The notes under the pieces were generated by a model. The model ran no database searches. It had not been told where the DNA came from and saw only the letters and a list, made by a program, of their open reading frames with translations. Of a stretch of DNA of 64,000 nt, positions 1 to 12,156 are shown in pieces. The translations under genes and the position numbers were made by a program. The DNA comes from Blepharisma stoltei ATCC 30299 (taxonomy: Eukaryota; Protista; Ciliophora): positions 372,001 to 436,000 of the forward strand of contig CBFDEM010000057.1 in the NCBI GenBank assembly GCA_965603825.1, read 5' to 3'. Numbering within the stretch: the first letter of the stretch is position 1; every line of letters starts with the position of its first letter.

Positions 1-1074
1 TATGAGCCATTAAACCCTAATAATGAGCTTGTACAATTAAACTCGTGCAATGGTATAGTTATTGTATCAACCATGACAAGAAGCATTATTATTTCATCTG
101 GACAAGCTTTTCCAATAGGCAAGAAAGAAAGAAATGCCCCATATAGTGCTTGCATGGTAGATGAAGATATTATTTTTGCATCAAGTCCTACTGGTGACTT
201 GTGAGAAGCTAATAGTCAAGGTGTTGTTTTGAAAAATCGAAGCTATAAGAGCAAAACAGGCCAAAAAGTAAAATTTACACTATGATTTCCAGTTGATAGC
301 AAGTATGTTTTATCATTAGATGGAGATGAAAAATCATTAATTTTACTCGGGATTGATCAAAAAAGTATAGTTTGCAAAGAAATTTCAGTTGGGAGACTAT
401 GATTTAATTGGCAAGAAAAAAAATTATTCCAGTTAAATGAAGATAGCATACAAATTTTAAAAATATACACAAATATTGAGTACTTGCAAAGACTTATATC
501 ATTAAAAGATGCAGAAAATTCTATTAAATTGCTTATGAAAGATAATTCTTTGCACAAACTTGAAAATCTGCAAGATCTTTGCAAGCTTGTATTCATAGAA
601 AGAGTATCAATAGGCCAAGAGTTTTTTGATTATTTTACATCATTAATTGGACAGCTTGAAGATGAAAATTTTATATTAAAAATTGACCAAAAAATAGAAG
701 AAAATTATGATGAAAATATCAATGAATTCGAGGAACTCTCGAAAGATATAAAAATACCTAAAGAAACTGTAGTTGAGGTAAGGCCAAAGAGAAAAGGAAG
801 AAATATATTGAGCTTATTATGAGAGGCATTTTTTGTTTGGAAGCCTTTGAAAGGAAAGGATCGGATTAGAGTGATAAAATTTTTGAGTGTAAAAGTATAC
901 GTTTCAATGATTGTAAAAAATGATTTATTGATTCTAATTTCAAAAAAATATGATGGGCTTGAAAAAATTAGACGGATGAAATCTATAGCATATGATTCAT
1001 ACGATAAAATAAAATATCGCTTGATATCAATTGAAGAGTATAATTATATTCAAAGAATTTCACAGATTTTATAA
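1..1074 (+). CDS. HPS5/TECPR2-like beta-propeller protein (5' truncated by window edge)
   Basis: Frame 1 is open from base 1 to TAA at 1074 if TGA=W. VQLNSCNGIVIVSTMTRS..IGKKERNAPYSAC..FASSPTGDL(W)EANSQG resembles the HPS5 segment VQLD..LLISSLTRS..IGNKERDGEYGAC..ARPGSRMWEVN, with the W encoded by TGA at 202-204. Confidence 0.6.
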
Positions 1075-1621
1075 TTTAATTAAAATATATTATTCCTTTA
1101 ATTAGAGAGGAAAAGCATCATTATTAAGATAGCTTTAATATTCATTAATTTTTATAATTAATTAAGATAAAATTGCATTCTTAAAATAGTTTTATTTTTA
1201 ATGATGTCAAAATGGAGTATTATGTCCAGCTATGCGCAGTGCTGGATGCAACCTCGAAGAGGGGATTTTCTGGGAGTGTATCGAGGATCTTTAGAGTCCA
1301 AGATGGCTCAATTTTTTCTCCAAGAACAGAAGGACGATCGACTTAGAAGCCGAAAGCTGTTGAAGAAAATTTATTCGTGATCAAGATCATACCAGGTTTA
1401 AAATCTGATAAAACTTGTGAAATCTTTATTGGCGAAATTGCTGACAATAGATTTGGTATTTAGATGTTAAACTTAAAGCTAAAGTAAAAAGTAAGCATTG
1501 ATGCCTGATTCAAATTCCTTATATTCCCTTGATAATCTCATATTTTTGCTTTGGAACTTTTAAAAGATTAAAATCCTAAATTTTCCTATTAATTAGCTTG
1601 ATTTATTTTTAAAATCAATAA

Positions 1622-2317
1622 ATGTCAGAATTGATGCCAATCATATTCAGTAGTTTTGGCATAGGAATCTGCTTCTGCCTTAATCTGACGCCAATTCCTT
1701 CGTTAATCAAAGCAAGTAAATCGAAAAATCTTACAGCCATCTCTCATTTATACTTGATAGTTTCTGCTTTCAACTACATGTCATGAATCATTTACTCACT
1801 AAAAATGAATTTAATTGGAAACTTGGTAAACAATTGTGTTTGTTATTGCTTAGACATGTCATGGGTGATTATCTATCACAGAATTAAAGGTAATTTGCTG
1901 AGCTTTTTACCTCTTTTTTTGATTTCAACTTTTAGCGTTGAAATTGCAATATATCTTCTTTGCCCAGGTTTTGTCATGGGAATTATTGCACTATCATTTT
2001 CTATTTGCTTATATGCAGCACCTATTGAGCAATTAAAATACGTATTCAAGCTAAAAAGCCATCATTATATTGATATTTATGTGATACCAGCATTAATGTT
2101 GAATGCTGCAGCTTGGATATGCTATGGATTTTCAGTCAATGATTGATTTGTTATATCCCCTAATTTTCCAGGGCTTTTATTTTCACTTTTCCAAATGATC
2201 ACTTATTTTTGGGCTCGTGGAAATATTCGTTGTCCATTTTTTGAATGAATTTACACAAAATCAGGAAAAGAGCATTTGGTAACTGAGGAAGATTCGTCAA
2301 AAAATCCTCAGGTTTAG
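1622..2317 (+). CDS. SWEET/MtN3 sugar transporter, paralog 1 (231 aa)
   Basis: Two MtN3 repeats: LTPIPSLIK..ISHLYL..NYMS(W)IIY and YAAPIEQLKYVFK..NAAAWICYG..D(W)FVISPN. About 7 TM helices; ends at TAG. Confidence 0.9.
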
Positions 2318-2549
2318 CAGAAAAATTAAAATTTGGAAATACTTTATTAAAACACAAGAATATTAAAATCATTTCCATATGCTTATTATAATAATGCCAA
2401 AACAATTTTGCAGTTGAATTATTATTTATTTAAATATATCTTTAAGTTAATATTTATAAATTTTAGCTACAGATCTATTTTTTATCTATTTTGGATATGA
2501 AAAACCAAAGTAGACAAATTTTTAGAATATGGTGTAATGGAATCATTTT

Positions 2550-3254
2550 ATGTCAGACACACAAGCAGCAATTTTCAGTGCTCTGGGCATTGCATTCTGC
2601 TTTTCCCTTAATTTGATACCTATAAAATCTCTCCTTAGAGCGAAGAAAACAAAAGATTTAAAAGAAATCTCCCAACTCTATCTTCTTGTATCAGCATTCA
2701 ACTATGCTTCATGATTATCATATGCAATCAAAATGAATCAAACAGGAAACTGAATAAATAATTCGATATGCTTGATTTTAGATTTATCGTGAGTTATTTT
2801 TTATCACGTTATAAAAAGTGATTGGAAATCATTTGTTCCAATTTTTATCATCCTGCTTGGATGCATAGAAGTTGCGTTATTTATGCTATTTCCTGCTTAT
2901 GTTATAGGATTTTTTGCTATCGCATGTGCTATTAGTCTATACGCAGCACCAATAGAGCAACTTGGATATGTTTTCAAGCTAAAAGACCATAAATATATTG
3001 ATGTCTTAATAACATCTGCACTGATAGTAACAGCAGGATCATGGCTGCTGTATGGAGTTGCGGTAAAAGATTGAATAATTATAGGCCCAAATATTGCTGG
3101 AATAGCTTTTGCAATATTTCAAGAAATCGTTTATTTCTGAGCACGTGGAGTGATTCCATGTCCTATTTTTACTTGCCTTCAAAATAAAATGGCGAAGAAG
3201 CCACTGATAACAAGTGAAGAAAAATCAGAAGAAATACAGAAAGACTTAGTTTAA
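2550..3254 (+). CDS. SWEET/MtN3 sugar transporter, paralog 2 (234 aa)
   Basis: Colinear with paralogs 1 and 3. Several internal TGA codons align to TGG in the paralogs. Confidence 0.9.
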
Positions 3255-3427
3255 GTAATTTATTAAGGTATAAAAGGCTTTATTAAGATCCTTTAGTTTT
3301 TAATAGAGTCTTTGTTGTCTGATATTCAAGAAAAATTAAAATTTTAGGTAGTTTGTTCAATAAAAGCATATGCTATTTAAGAAGAATAAATTTCAACTTT
3401 TCAAGTATGGTGTAATGCAATTATTAT

Positions 3428-4132
3428 ATGTCAGAAACGCAAGCAGCTATTTTTAGTGCTCTAGGAATTGGATTGGCTGTTACCCTTAATTTGACACCTA
3501 TAAAATCTCTTCTTAAAGCAAAGAAAACAAAAGATTTAAAAGAGATTTCTCATCTTTATCTTCTTGTGGTAGCATTCAATTATGCATCTTGATTTTCATA
3601 CTCAATCAAAATGAATCAAACAGGTAGTTGGGTAAACGCTTTAGTGTGCTTAATTTTAGACTTAATATGAGTACTTTTTTATCATATTATAAAAGGAGAC
3701 TGGAAATCATTTGTTCCAATTTTTTTAATTCTGCTTGGGTCTATAGAAGTTGCGTTATTTATGCTATTTCCTGCTTATGTTATTGGATTTGCTGCTATAG
3801 CACTTTTAATTAGCCTATTTGCAGCACCAATAGAGCAGCTTGGATATGTTTTCAGGCTAAAAGACCATAACTATATTGATGTTTCAATAACTTCTACGTT
3901 AATCATAACTGCTGTGGTGTGGATAATGTACGGGTTTGCAGTGGGAGATTGAATTATTGTAGGTCCAAATATTGCTGGAATGGCTTTTTCAATATTTCAA
4001 GAGATAGTCTATTTTTGGGCACGTGGGGTAATCCCATGTCCTATTTTTGCTTGTCTTCACAGTAAAATGGGGAAGAAGCCGCTGATCATAAGTGAAGAAA
4101 AATCAGAAGAAATTCAGAAAGATTTAGTTTAA
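3428..4132 (+). CDS. SWEET/MtN3 sugar transporter, paralog 3 (234 aa), recent duplicate of paralog 2
   Basis: Same length (705 nt) as paralog 2, with a near-identical C-terminus (EEKSEEIQKDLV). Confidence 0.9.
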
Positions 4133-4204
4133 GTAATTTATTGAATTTTGAATATATATTAAGATTCTTCAATATATTTTAGCTGACTCTTTTTTATTAA
4201 TATT

Positions 4205-4723
4205 TTACTTATTTAAAACCCCTTTTTCTCTTTTGAGTTCTTCAATGGCCTGTCTTCTTGATTTCAATAATTTTTCTATTTGTTCATTTCTTTCACGCCT
4301 GACTTTTTCAATTTCCCTAATATTCTCACGCTCAAGCTTCTCCCTGGTCATTGCTTTATGCACGCTTCTGTATATATAGACTGATCCTAAAACAATTAAA
4401 AATCCGATAAATTTCATAACATTTCTAGCCTGCTGAAAGTTATTGTTCTCATGGAATCTTTCATATTGCGTTTTTCCACCTTCAGGAGTTCCAGCTCGAG
4501 GAACATGTAAATCATATTTTTCATCTGGAGTTTTATAGTCTTGGCCAAATTGATTTTTCATATCAGCGAAATTTTCTTTTAAAGAGCTTTTTACTTTCAT
4601 TGTAGGGTGGATATATTGCTTGTCAGGGTGCTGATAAAATTGATCTTTTGGCAAGCTTTGTTGTAGCTTTGCAAGTTCTTCTTCTCGGGTTGCAAATCTT
4701 CTTAAAGCTCGCCGAATCAGCAT
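4205..4723 (-). CDS. Hypothetical single-pass mitochondrial membrane protein
   Basis: Arg-rich presequence-like N-terminus (MLIRRALRRFA), one TM (FIGFLIVLGSVYIY) and a C-terminal coiled coil. Confidence 0.7.
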   Translation of the reverse strand: MLIRRALRRFATREEELAKLQQSLPKDQFYQHPDKQYIHPTMKVKSSLKENFADMKNQFGQDYKTPDEKYDLHVPRAGTPEGGKTQYERFHENNNFQQARNVMKFIGFLIVLGSVYIYRSVHKAMTREKLERENIREIEKVRRERNEQIEKLLKSRRQAIEELKREKGVLNK

Positions 4724-5063
4724 TTTATTATAGTTTTAATAAATAAAAATGCTGAGACACACTGTATAGCATTAACTGAAAAGAATTGAGAAAAGATATA
4801 TAATGCATTAGGTAATTATTATAAAACTGATTTAGAATAAATAAAGCATTAAAAATATAAGTGAATTTACTAAATATAAATCTTATGATGGATTTGCACT
4901 TGTGCTTAAGTTGTTTCACCAATATATTGGGCCAATTTTATTATGATTAATATCTGAGATGTTTTTAATAAAATATAAAAATATAAGATATATGCTTATT
5001 CATGGACATGCTGAATGCAATTTTTTATACCTCAGAAATATCAATTAATTTGGATTAACAAAA

Positions 5064-5762
5064 ATGAATTTTCTTATCACAATTTTTAGCACCACAGGAA
5101 TCTTTGTGTCTTTTATGCTCAATTTGACTCCAATTCCTTCTCTCATCAAAGCCAATAAAACTCGAGACATTTCAGAAATTTCTCATCTATATTTCATAAT
5201 GGCAAGTGCAAATTATCTCAATTGATGCCTTTATGCTACCAAGGTAGATTTGCTCGGTCCTCTAATTAATAACTTAATCGGATTGTGCTTCACAATAGCA
5301 TACATTATAGTTTATCACAAAATTAAAGGTGATATTTGGAAATTTGGCCCAGTTTATTTTGGTTGCTGTACATGCATCTCATTAATAATGTTCAAAGTGT
5401 TTCCAAGCGATTTATTAGGGCTTCTTTCTGTAGGACTGTCAGCATTACAATATATGGCACCGATTGAACAAATAAAGCCAGCTTTGATGAATAAAGATCA
5501 TAAATATATAGATATTTTTATTATCCCTGCTTTAATGAGTAACGCTGCTGTTTGGGGATTTTATGGATTTTTAGTTCATGACTGATTTATTATTATACCA
5601 AATTTGATGGGCTTATTATTTTCTTTATTTCAAATATTAGTATATGCATGGGCACAAGGATTTTTACCCCATCTTACATTTTCTTGGCTTGCGAATAAAA
5701 TTAGAGAAAAGCCCATAAAAATGACTGAGGATGACGCAATTGAGTTTCATAATAATGTTTAA
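5064..5762 (+). CDS. SWEET/MtN3 sugar transporter, paralog 4 (232 aa)
   Basis: LTPIPSLIK..ISHLYF..NYLN(W)CLY and YMAPIEQIK..NAAVWGFYG..D(W)FIIIPN. Confidence 0.9.
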
Positions 5763-5879
5763 CTAAACTTTAAATGCCAGAGTGATGCTCTTTCTAATAT
5801 ATCTGTCATGCAATCATAATAATATTATTTTCATTAATATATGCAAAAAAGTAACAATTATTTCAAGGTTCTTATAATA

Positions 5880-7196
5880 TTATACGTGGATTCTTTGGTA
5901 GCGAGTAGCACCCTCATCAACATCAAATTCTTGCCATTTGTAATATAGAATCGATGATCCAATAAATAGTAAAGTTAAAAAGAACATTGGAAGTATTGAG
6001 CTTCCAAAGCCGAAATCTGCAGTAACTACCACAGTCGATTTAGCTGCTAAAGCAAACCCAACTTTACTATTTTCAGCGTCATAAATTGAATAATATTTCC
6101 TCAAAAATACATCTCCTAATATTCAGAAGTTCCCTTTTTGTAATGAAGTCAGCAGAAGTTGGCAATAAAGTCCTTCCTTCATAAAGTATTCTTCAGGCTT
6201 GAGGACAAAAGCATGTCCTGACCCAAGCTCAAACGAAATATCAGGGTAATCAGTGATTTTGTGTGAAATCCCACAATCACACACGAGAAATCCAAAGGCA
6301 AGGTAGCACTGACCTTTTTGGTGAATTCGCATCATAATATCATTAGCTTCATTTTTCGGAGCCATAATAAGACTTGTTCCAGTGTCCACAATTGCCAAAA
6401 ATGATACGTAATCAATCAGTGTATAATCCACCTTTATGTTTGTCAACAAAACAGTCCAGTAGCCAGTTTCTGGAAACACACTCATTCATATGATGTCTGA
6501 GTTCTGAGCATATGAAGCCAAATCATATCCTCCGAAAATAATTGCAGAGTTAGGACTCGTAATTTTACTGTCCCCAAAAAAATTATCACCAAAATAAACA
6601 GAGAAAATTTTGTTTGTAATCAGTCCTTGTAATTTTATATTGTCCAATAAAGTGTTATATCCTTTAGAAAGCTTTCTAAAGGCTAAGCCTAAAATTCCGT
6701 CAGCTTGCATTCCTTCGAAGTCTTTATTTTGATTGACAGAGATAAATGCTTGATTAGAAACATTTAGAGGGTTCCTATCGCCAATAATAACCCGCTCTTG
6801 GCTTAAATCGCCTTGTGCAAATCCCATTCCATATGATAACGTGATTTTTTCGCCAAGAGATTTATAAGATGAGCTATTAGACGTGTTTAAATAATTAGAA
6901 CATGGGTGACATGCAGTTCTGCAATTTGTTGAAGGAACCCAAAGCCAAGAAGAACCTGTATCAAAAATCACTTTAAATTCTACTGGAGGTGTTCCAAGTC
7001 TTATTTTCCCACTGTATTGCATATTCATGACGTTTTCAAAATAGCTTGATGTGTTGAGATCAATAAGGTTAAGTGAAAGCTCTGCAAGTTTGATAGAATT
7101 TATGTCAATCATTTTCATTGGCTGCGATTTTTCAAGTGGAATTACAATATAGCAAGTCACTGCTAGAGCAAAAATTCAGCATAGTAAGAATCTCAT
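5880..7196 (-). CDS. Pepsin/cathepsin D-like aspartic protease (family A1) with C-terminal TM anchor (438 aa)
   Basis: Signal peptide MRFLLC(W)IFALAVTC; catalytic motifs FDTGSS and VDTGTS; YGMG flap; DGILGLAF; (W)ILGDVFLRKYYSIYD with W=TGA; C-terminal TM followed by a tail ending YQRIHV. Three track ORFs join in one frame. Confidence 0.93.
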
Positions 7197-7506
7197 ATTT
7201 AATTCAGAAATTGAAGAAAAACTATAAAACCTATGCAATCTAAATTATTTTGCTCCTTAGAAGATTTTTATAAATGATTAAATGAGCCTTAAATTTGTGT
7301 TTCTTATGGATATGCCTGTAGATTTGGCAAGCTAATAAAATCCTTTGGATTATTTTTTGCATAGGAAAATAAATTATGAAAAAAATGAAAATTTTAAACT
7401 TTTTATTAATCTTAAAACAAAAATTGGAATTTAGTTATTAATGTTGGAATAAGCATAATTAATTATAAAATAGGTCTCTAAAATCTTATCTTCTCTCTTA
7501 TAAGCT

Positions 7507-9642
7507 TTAAGTAATTATGGCATAGCAATTAGGACACAGCGCATGCTTGGATTTTTTCTTTGTTCAATCATTCAAACAATCTTTATGAAATATATGATAG
7601 CACACTGTGATTTCTTTTCTGCTCTGGGTAACTTTTTCCAAGCAAATCGTACACATAGGCTCTCCATAAAAATCAAAGCCCTGACCGTGCTCGACAACTG
7701 ATCCTTCTTTATCTTTCGAATCAATGCTATTACAAGGCTCAGAATCCTCAATAATATTTTCATCGCTGTTGATTATTTCTGGATTTTGATTATCAATTTC
7801 TTGCTGAAGATTTATCCTCGAGGGCAGATGCTGCGCATGCTGCTGATGAGCAGCAGACTGCAAGATCATAGTTTCATTAAGAGTTAATGGATTGCCTCTT
7901 GGCCCAGCCTCTAGATGGGTGGCTTCACGTGTGCGATCGCATGCTCTGCAATACATAATTATGAGTATAGCAATACCAATAATGCTAAATAAAAATTACC
8001 AAAGAAAAATAAGTCCTCCAATTATACTAGCGATTAAAGCAATTTGAGAAGCAGTAATGCTTGAATCGTCATTATCTCTTTTATGAGGGCCCCCATGATC
8101 ACCATGATTGCCAGGACCACCAGGAACAACAGGACCATTTGGAATGCCGGGATCACCTTTACCGTGGCAGGCTCAATTATCAAAATTACATTCAGGATTA
8201 TCACACTTCTTATCACATTCATTGTTATATAGAAGCTCATCTGAGCATTTGCACTTTTTTGATATATTACAATCGCCATTATCGTAATTACAAATCTCTT
8301 TATTGCACTCTGGATCGCATTTACCATTTGTAAGTAAGGATTTATCGCATTTACAGACACAAGATCATCTGTCATAATCAAATTCTGTATAATTACAGGA
8401 AGGATCACAAACTGAGTTCTTTAACATCTTTGGGGTGCAGGCTAGAGGCGGTGAGTTGCCTCTGCAATCCTCAGCATCGTTTGCACACATGCCGATATTG
8501 CATTTTTTATCACATTTCCCATTATTTATGTCTGATAAATTACAAAGATATGAGCAAGCGTTGGTGCATGATAAGGGCCGAGAGGATTTGAAACTTCCGC
8601 AGAATAAATCCCCGAAATATGAAATGTTTCCCAAAAATTGTATAGAGTTAATACTAATAGAGGGTGCAAATTGGAATTTATGGGTACTTGAACCACTAAG
8701 CTCACTATCAATCATATTATTGCTTTGGTGATTGCCCTTTCTTCATGAATCGTCAACAAGCGATCTTATTTTTGCAGCATTAGCATCGAGCCATTCCAAA
8801 ATAGATGAGCTGCAACTATCTGAGTAATCAGCCTTACAATTGGATGCTACTGCATTTAAATATACAAAAAAGTCCCCCCAATAAATTTTTTTCTTCATGA
8901 CATAATTAAATAAAATTAGCTCAAAAACTGTTTGATTAATCATATTTCTCCCTGTGCTTACATGTGTAGAGTCACTTAGACAGTATTTTCCATTTCCATA
9001 GCAATTTTCTGGGCTACAATTTTGACAGGTAAAATAATTAAAAAACACTCTAATGTTGGCTTGGTGAATAGGCAAAGGAATCATGTACTTGTAAATTTCT
9101 GAAATAAAATGAGCATCGATGTTATGGTCACCGGTAAGCCGAATGTCAATGTCTAGCTTATTTGAAACTGATATCTCTGTATTAAATTTAACAATAATTT
9201 CATAATCCTTATAGCTTTTCCAAATATTGCCATTAGCTTTTGAAATTATTACAGCAAAAATATCAATATTCTTATCCCAATCGGGGGGTAGTGAAATAAA
9301 ATCGCATTCTACCTCATTATCGTTTTTATTGCTTTCAAAAATGACACCTCCAGCGCCAGTTTGTTGGATATTATAGGTAGCCAATGCATAGTCACAGTCT
9401 TCATTATTTACAAACACTACTATGCTCGAGTTAAACCTAGAATTCAAACCAGAGCATGGATTTTCATACTGTGGCAGAAATGCAACGAATCCTTTAAATG
9501 TGTCCTTGATATGAGGATTGCCAAAATTGGCAGTGGTTGCTGGAACTATAATATTAGGATAATTTTGGAGAAGGCTCTCAGGCCCTATAAGTTCTAACCT
9601 ACAAGTTGCAATTCCGAAAAGCAAAAATAAAAATTTGTTCAT
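7507..9642 (-). CDS. VSR-like PA/thioredoxin-core - 4x LNR - TM - RING-H2 receptor E3 ligase, paralog A (about 706 aa, one intron)
   Basis: Signal peptide; PA domain (ANFGNP..IQQTGAGGVIF); VSR-like core (NCYGNGKYC..TGRNMINQ..FAPSISIN..LFCGSF); 4 Cys/Asp repeats of the form NGKCDPECNKEICNYDNGDC; TM; RING-H2 CTICLE..CYHIFHKDCLND(W)..LCPNC. Confidence 0.85.
7985..7999 (-). other. 15-nt spliceosomal intron GTAATTTTTATTTAG
   Basis: Removing it eliminates an in-frame TAA and restores a continuous TM (GGLIFLCIIGIAILIIM). The same position is used in both paralogs. Confidence 0.9.
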
Positions 9643-9687
9643 ATTTTGAAGTTTATAAACTTCCACCAAACTACGATTATTAACTTC

Positions 9688-11775
9688 TTAATCTAATGAA
9701 TTATCTTCAAATAAATGTTTACTGCAATTTGGGCAAATAGGCTCTTTGGCAGCTTTAACTATCCACTCTGATAAGCATTTCTTATGGAAGATATGATGAC
9801 AATTTGTGATTGCTTTATCCTTCTTCGTGATTTTGTCAAGGCAAATCGAGCAGACAGGATCTCCATAAAACGCATAACTTAAATCAGAATTTACTCCTAT
9901 TTTATTTTCCATTCTGCCTTCAGTCTTCGAAAACTCTGATTCTTCATTGCTTTCAACGACCTCCTCATCGCTATTTATAATGCATGGCTCTTGGACTAAC
10001 TGAGGATCTTGAACTTTGCTCTTCCAATGCCTTCTTGAGGACAGTCTAATCATATGCCGCTCATGGGTAGGTGGTGCTCCATCAGGCTGCTGAATTTCAT
10101 TGATAGTTAAGGAGTCAATTTCAGGATCACTCATTGTTCTTGCATTCTTCTTTCTTCTATACAAAATATAGTAGACGACAAAACTGATAATTCTAAATAA
10201 AAGTTACAAAACGAAGACAAAACTTCCAGCGATTTCTGCTATTAAAGCTATTTGCCAAGTAGCAAGGCCATCATCTCCTGAGCTGCTTGTCTCATTTTTG
10301 CAAGCATAATTGTCGAAATTGCATTCAGGGGTATTGCAATCTGAGTCACACACATCATTATATAGCAAATCATCACTACAGTGACACACTATTGTTGATG
10401 AACAGTCTCCGTTGTCGTATTCACATATTGCTGAGTTGCACTCGGGGTCGCATATGTCGTTTTCCAATAAAGTGGAATTGCATCTGCAAACACATAACCA
10501 ATTATCATAATTATATTCAGTCACATTGCAGACTGAATCGCAAACGGAATTACTTCTTAAAGCCTCAGTGCACAATGTAGATGTACCTTTGCAGTCTTCA
10601 ACGTCATTCGAGCATTTTTCACTTGCACAGTTAATTTCACAGTTTCCATTATTTATTCCTGAGAGTTGGCAATTATCTGAGCAATAACCATAACATGAAG
10701 AAGGATGATGGAAAAAACTCTCACAAAATAGCTGACTGAAATAAGAAAGGTCTCCAAGATATGCTATCGAGTTTACAGTTATTGATGGCGTAAATCATAT
10801 ATTTTTATTAGATTTTTCAGCCATTTGAGTATCAATTACTGTGTTATCCCATAACTCATCATTGTGATTTTTTCTCCAAGAATAGTCAATAGATGTCCGA
10901 ATATCCTTGATATCGGCGCTAAGTCAATGTATGACAGACTCGCTGCAGGCATCTGAATAATCATTTTTGCAATTAATTGTCATAGCATTCAAATAAGCCA
11001 AAAAGTCTCCCCAATAATCGTTATTTCTTTGAACATAATTTAGCAAAATAATTTCATACAAAGTTTGATTAATCATAGCTTTTCCAGTGCTAGAATTAAT
11101 GGAGTCTTTTAAGCAATATTTACCATCAGCATAGCAGTCATTTGCATTGCAATTTTGACATGAAAAATAGTCAAAATATATTTGAATGTTAGCTTCACCA
11201 ATTTTTAGAGGTACCAAAAATTTATAAATTTTTGAAATAAATTGAGCATCTAAAATATTGTCTCCTGTAAGACCAATCTCAATGTTTGGAGAATTTGAAA
11301 CTGAGATTACTGAGTAGAATTGGACCTTAATAGGATTATCCTTATAGCTTTTCCATAAATCACTATGGGTGCCAGAAATCATCACAGCAAAAATTGTGAT
11401 CGATTTATCCCAGCCATCTGATAGAGAGATTAGCTTGGTGGCTATTTCAGTATCATTTAAGGCACTATTAAAGATAGCACCTCCAGCACCTGACTGCTGT
11501 ATATTGTATGTGATTAAAGCGTAATCACAGTTTGCCTGATTAATGAAAATTGCTATGCTTGAACTATATTTGGAATTCAAACTGGAGCATGGGTCTTCAC
11601 TGTCAGGTAAAAATCCAATGGAACCTTCGAAATCTTCTGAGATATAAGGGTTGCCGAAATTGGCAATGACTGATGGAACAACGCCCTCATCATATTTTTG
11701 ACGCAGTGCTAAAGGCTCGATAAGAATAAGCCTGCAAAAAGCTCCTCCTAAAAGTAAACTGTAAAGGTGTTTCAT
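9688..11775 (-). CDS. VSR-like - 4x LNR - TM - RING-H2, paralog B (about 690 aa, one intron)
   Basis: Colinear with paralog A. RING-H2 CSICLD..CHHIFHKKCLSEW..CPNC. Confidence 0.85.
10193..10207 (-). other. 15-nt intron GTAACTTTTATTTAG
   Basis: Same position inside the TM as in paralog A; removes an in-frame TAA. Confidence 0.9.
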
Positions 11776-12156
11776 TTTTAGAAGATAAAATTTGGATAAA
11801 ATCATTTAAAGCTAATTTTTTTAGAGAATATTTGCTAAATTTTATTTAACTAAATAAAGATTTTGCGATTTTTGCTTCAATTAAGCTAATATGTTTTATT
11901 TAAATTTAATCACACTCTTTAATACCTTATTGAGTAGAAAAATTCAGATAATTTGATAAAGAACTGCTGCATAAAGTTTAATGTAATTTAAAAAAAATTA
12001 AAACTAAATTTAATTTAATTACAATCATTTACTCTAAATATCTTACATATATTATGCAAAAGAGTTGTAATTGTTAATGAGAATTCAGAATTTTCTCAAA
12101 TTTGTTTAAAGCTTTTAGTATAAATTATGGCTTCTATCAATTAGAGTATAGACAGT

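Noticed and set aside
12-22. AAACCCTAA as a telomeric repeat
   Set aside because: It is a single unit inside an open reading frame, with no tandem array.
8034-8408. Alternative-frame and antisense ORFs over the LNR repeats (8034-8408, 8061-8333, 10287-10580, 12705-12908)
   Set aside because: These are shadows of the Cys/Asn/Asp-rich repeat frame of the receptor genes.
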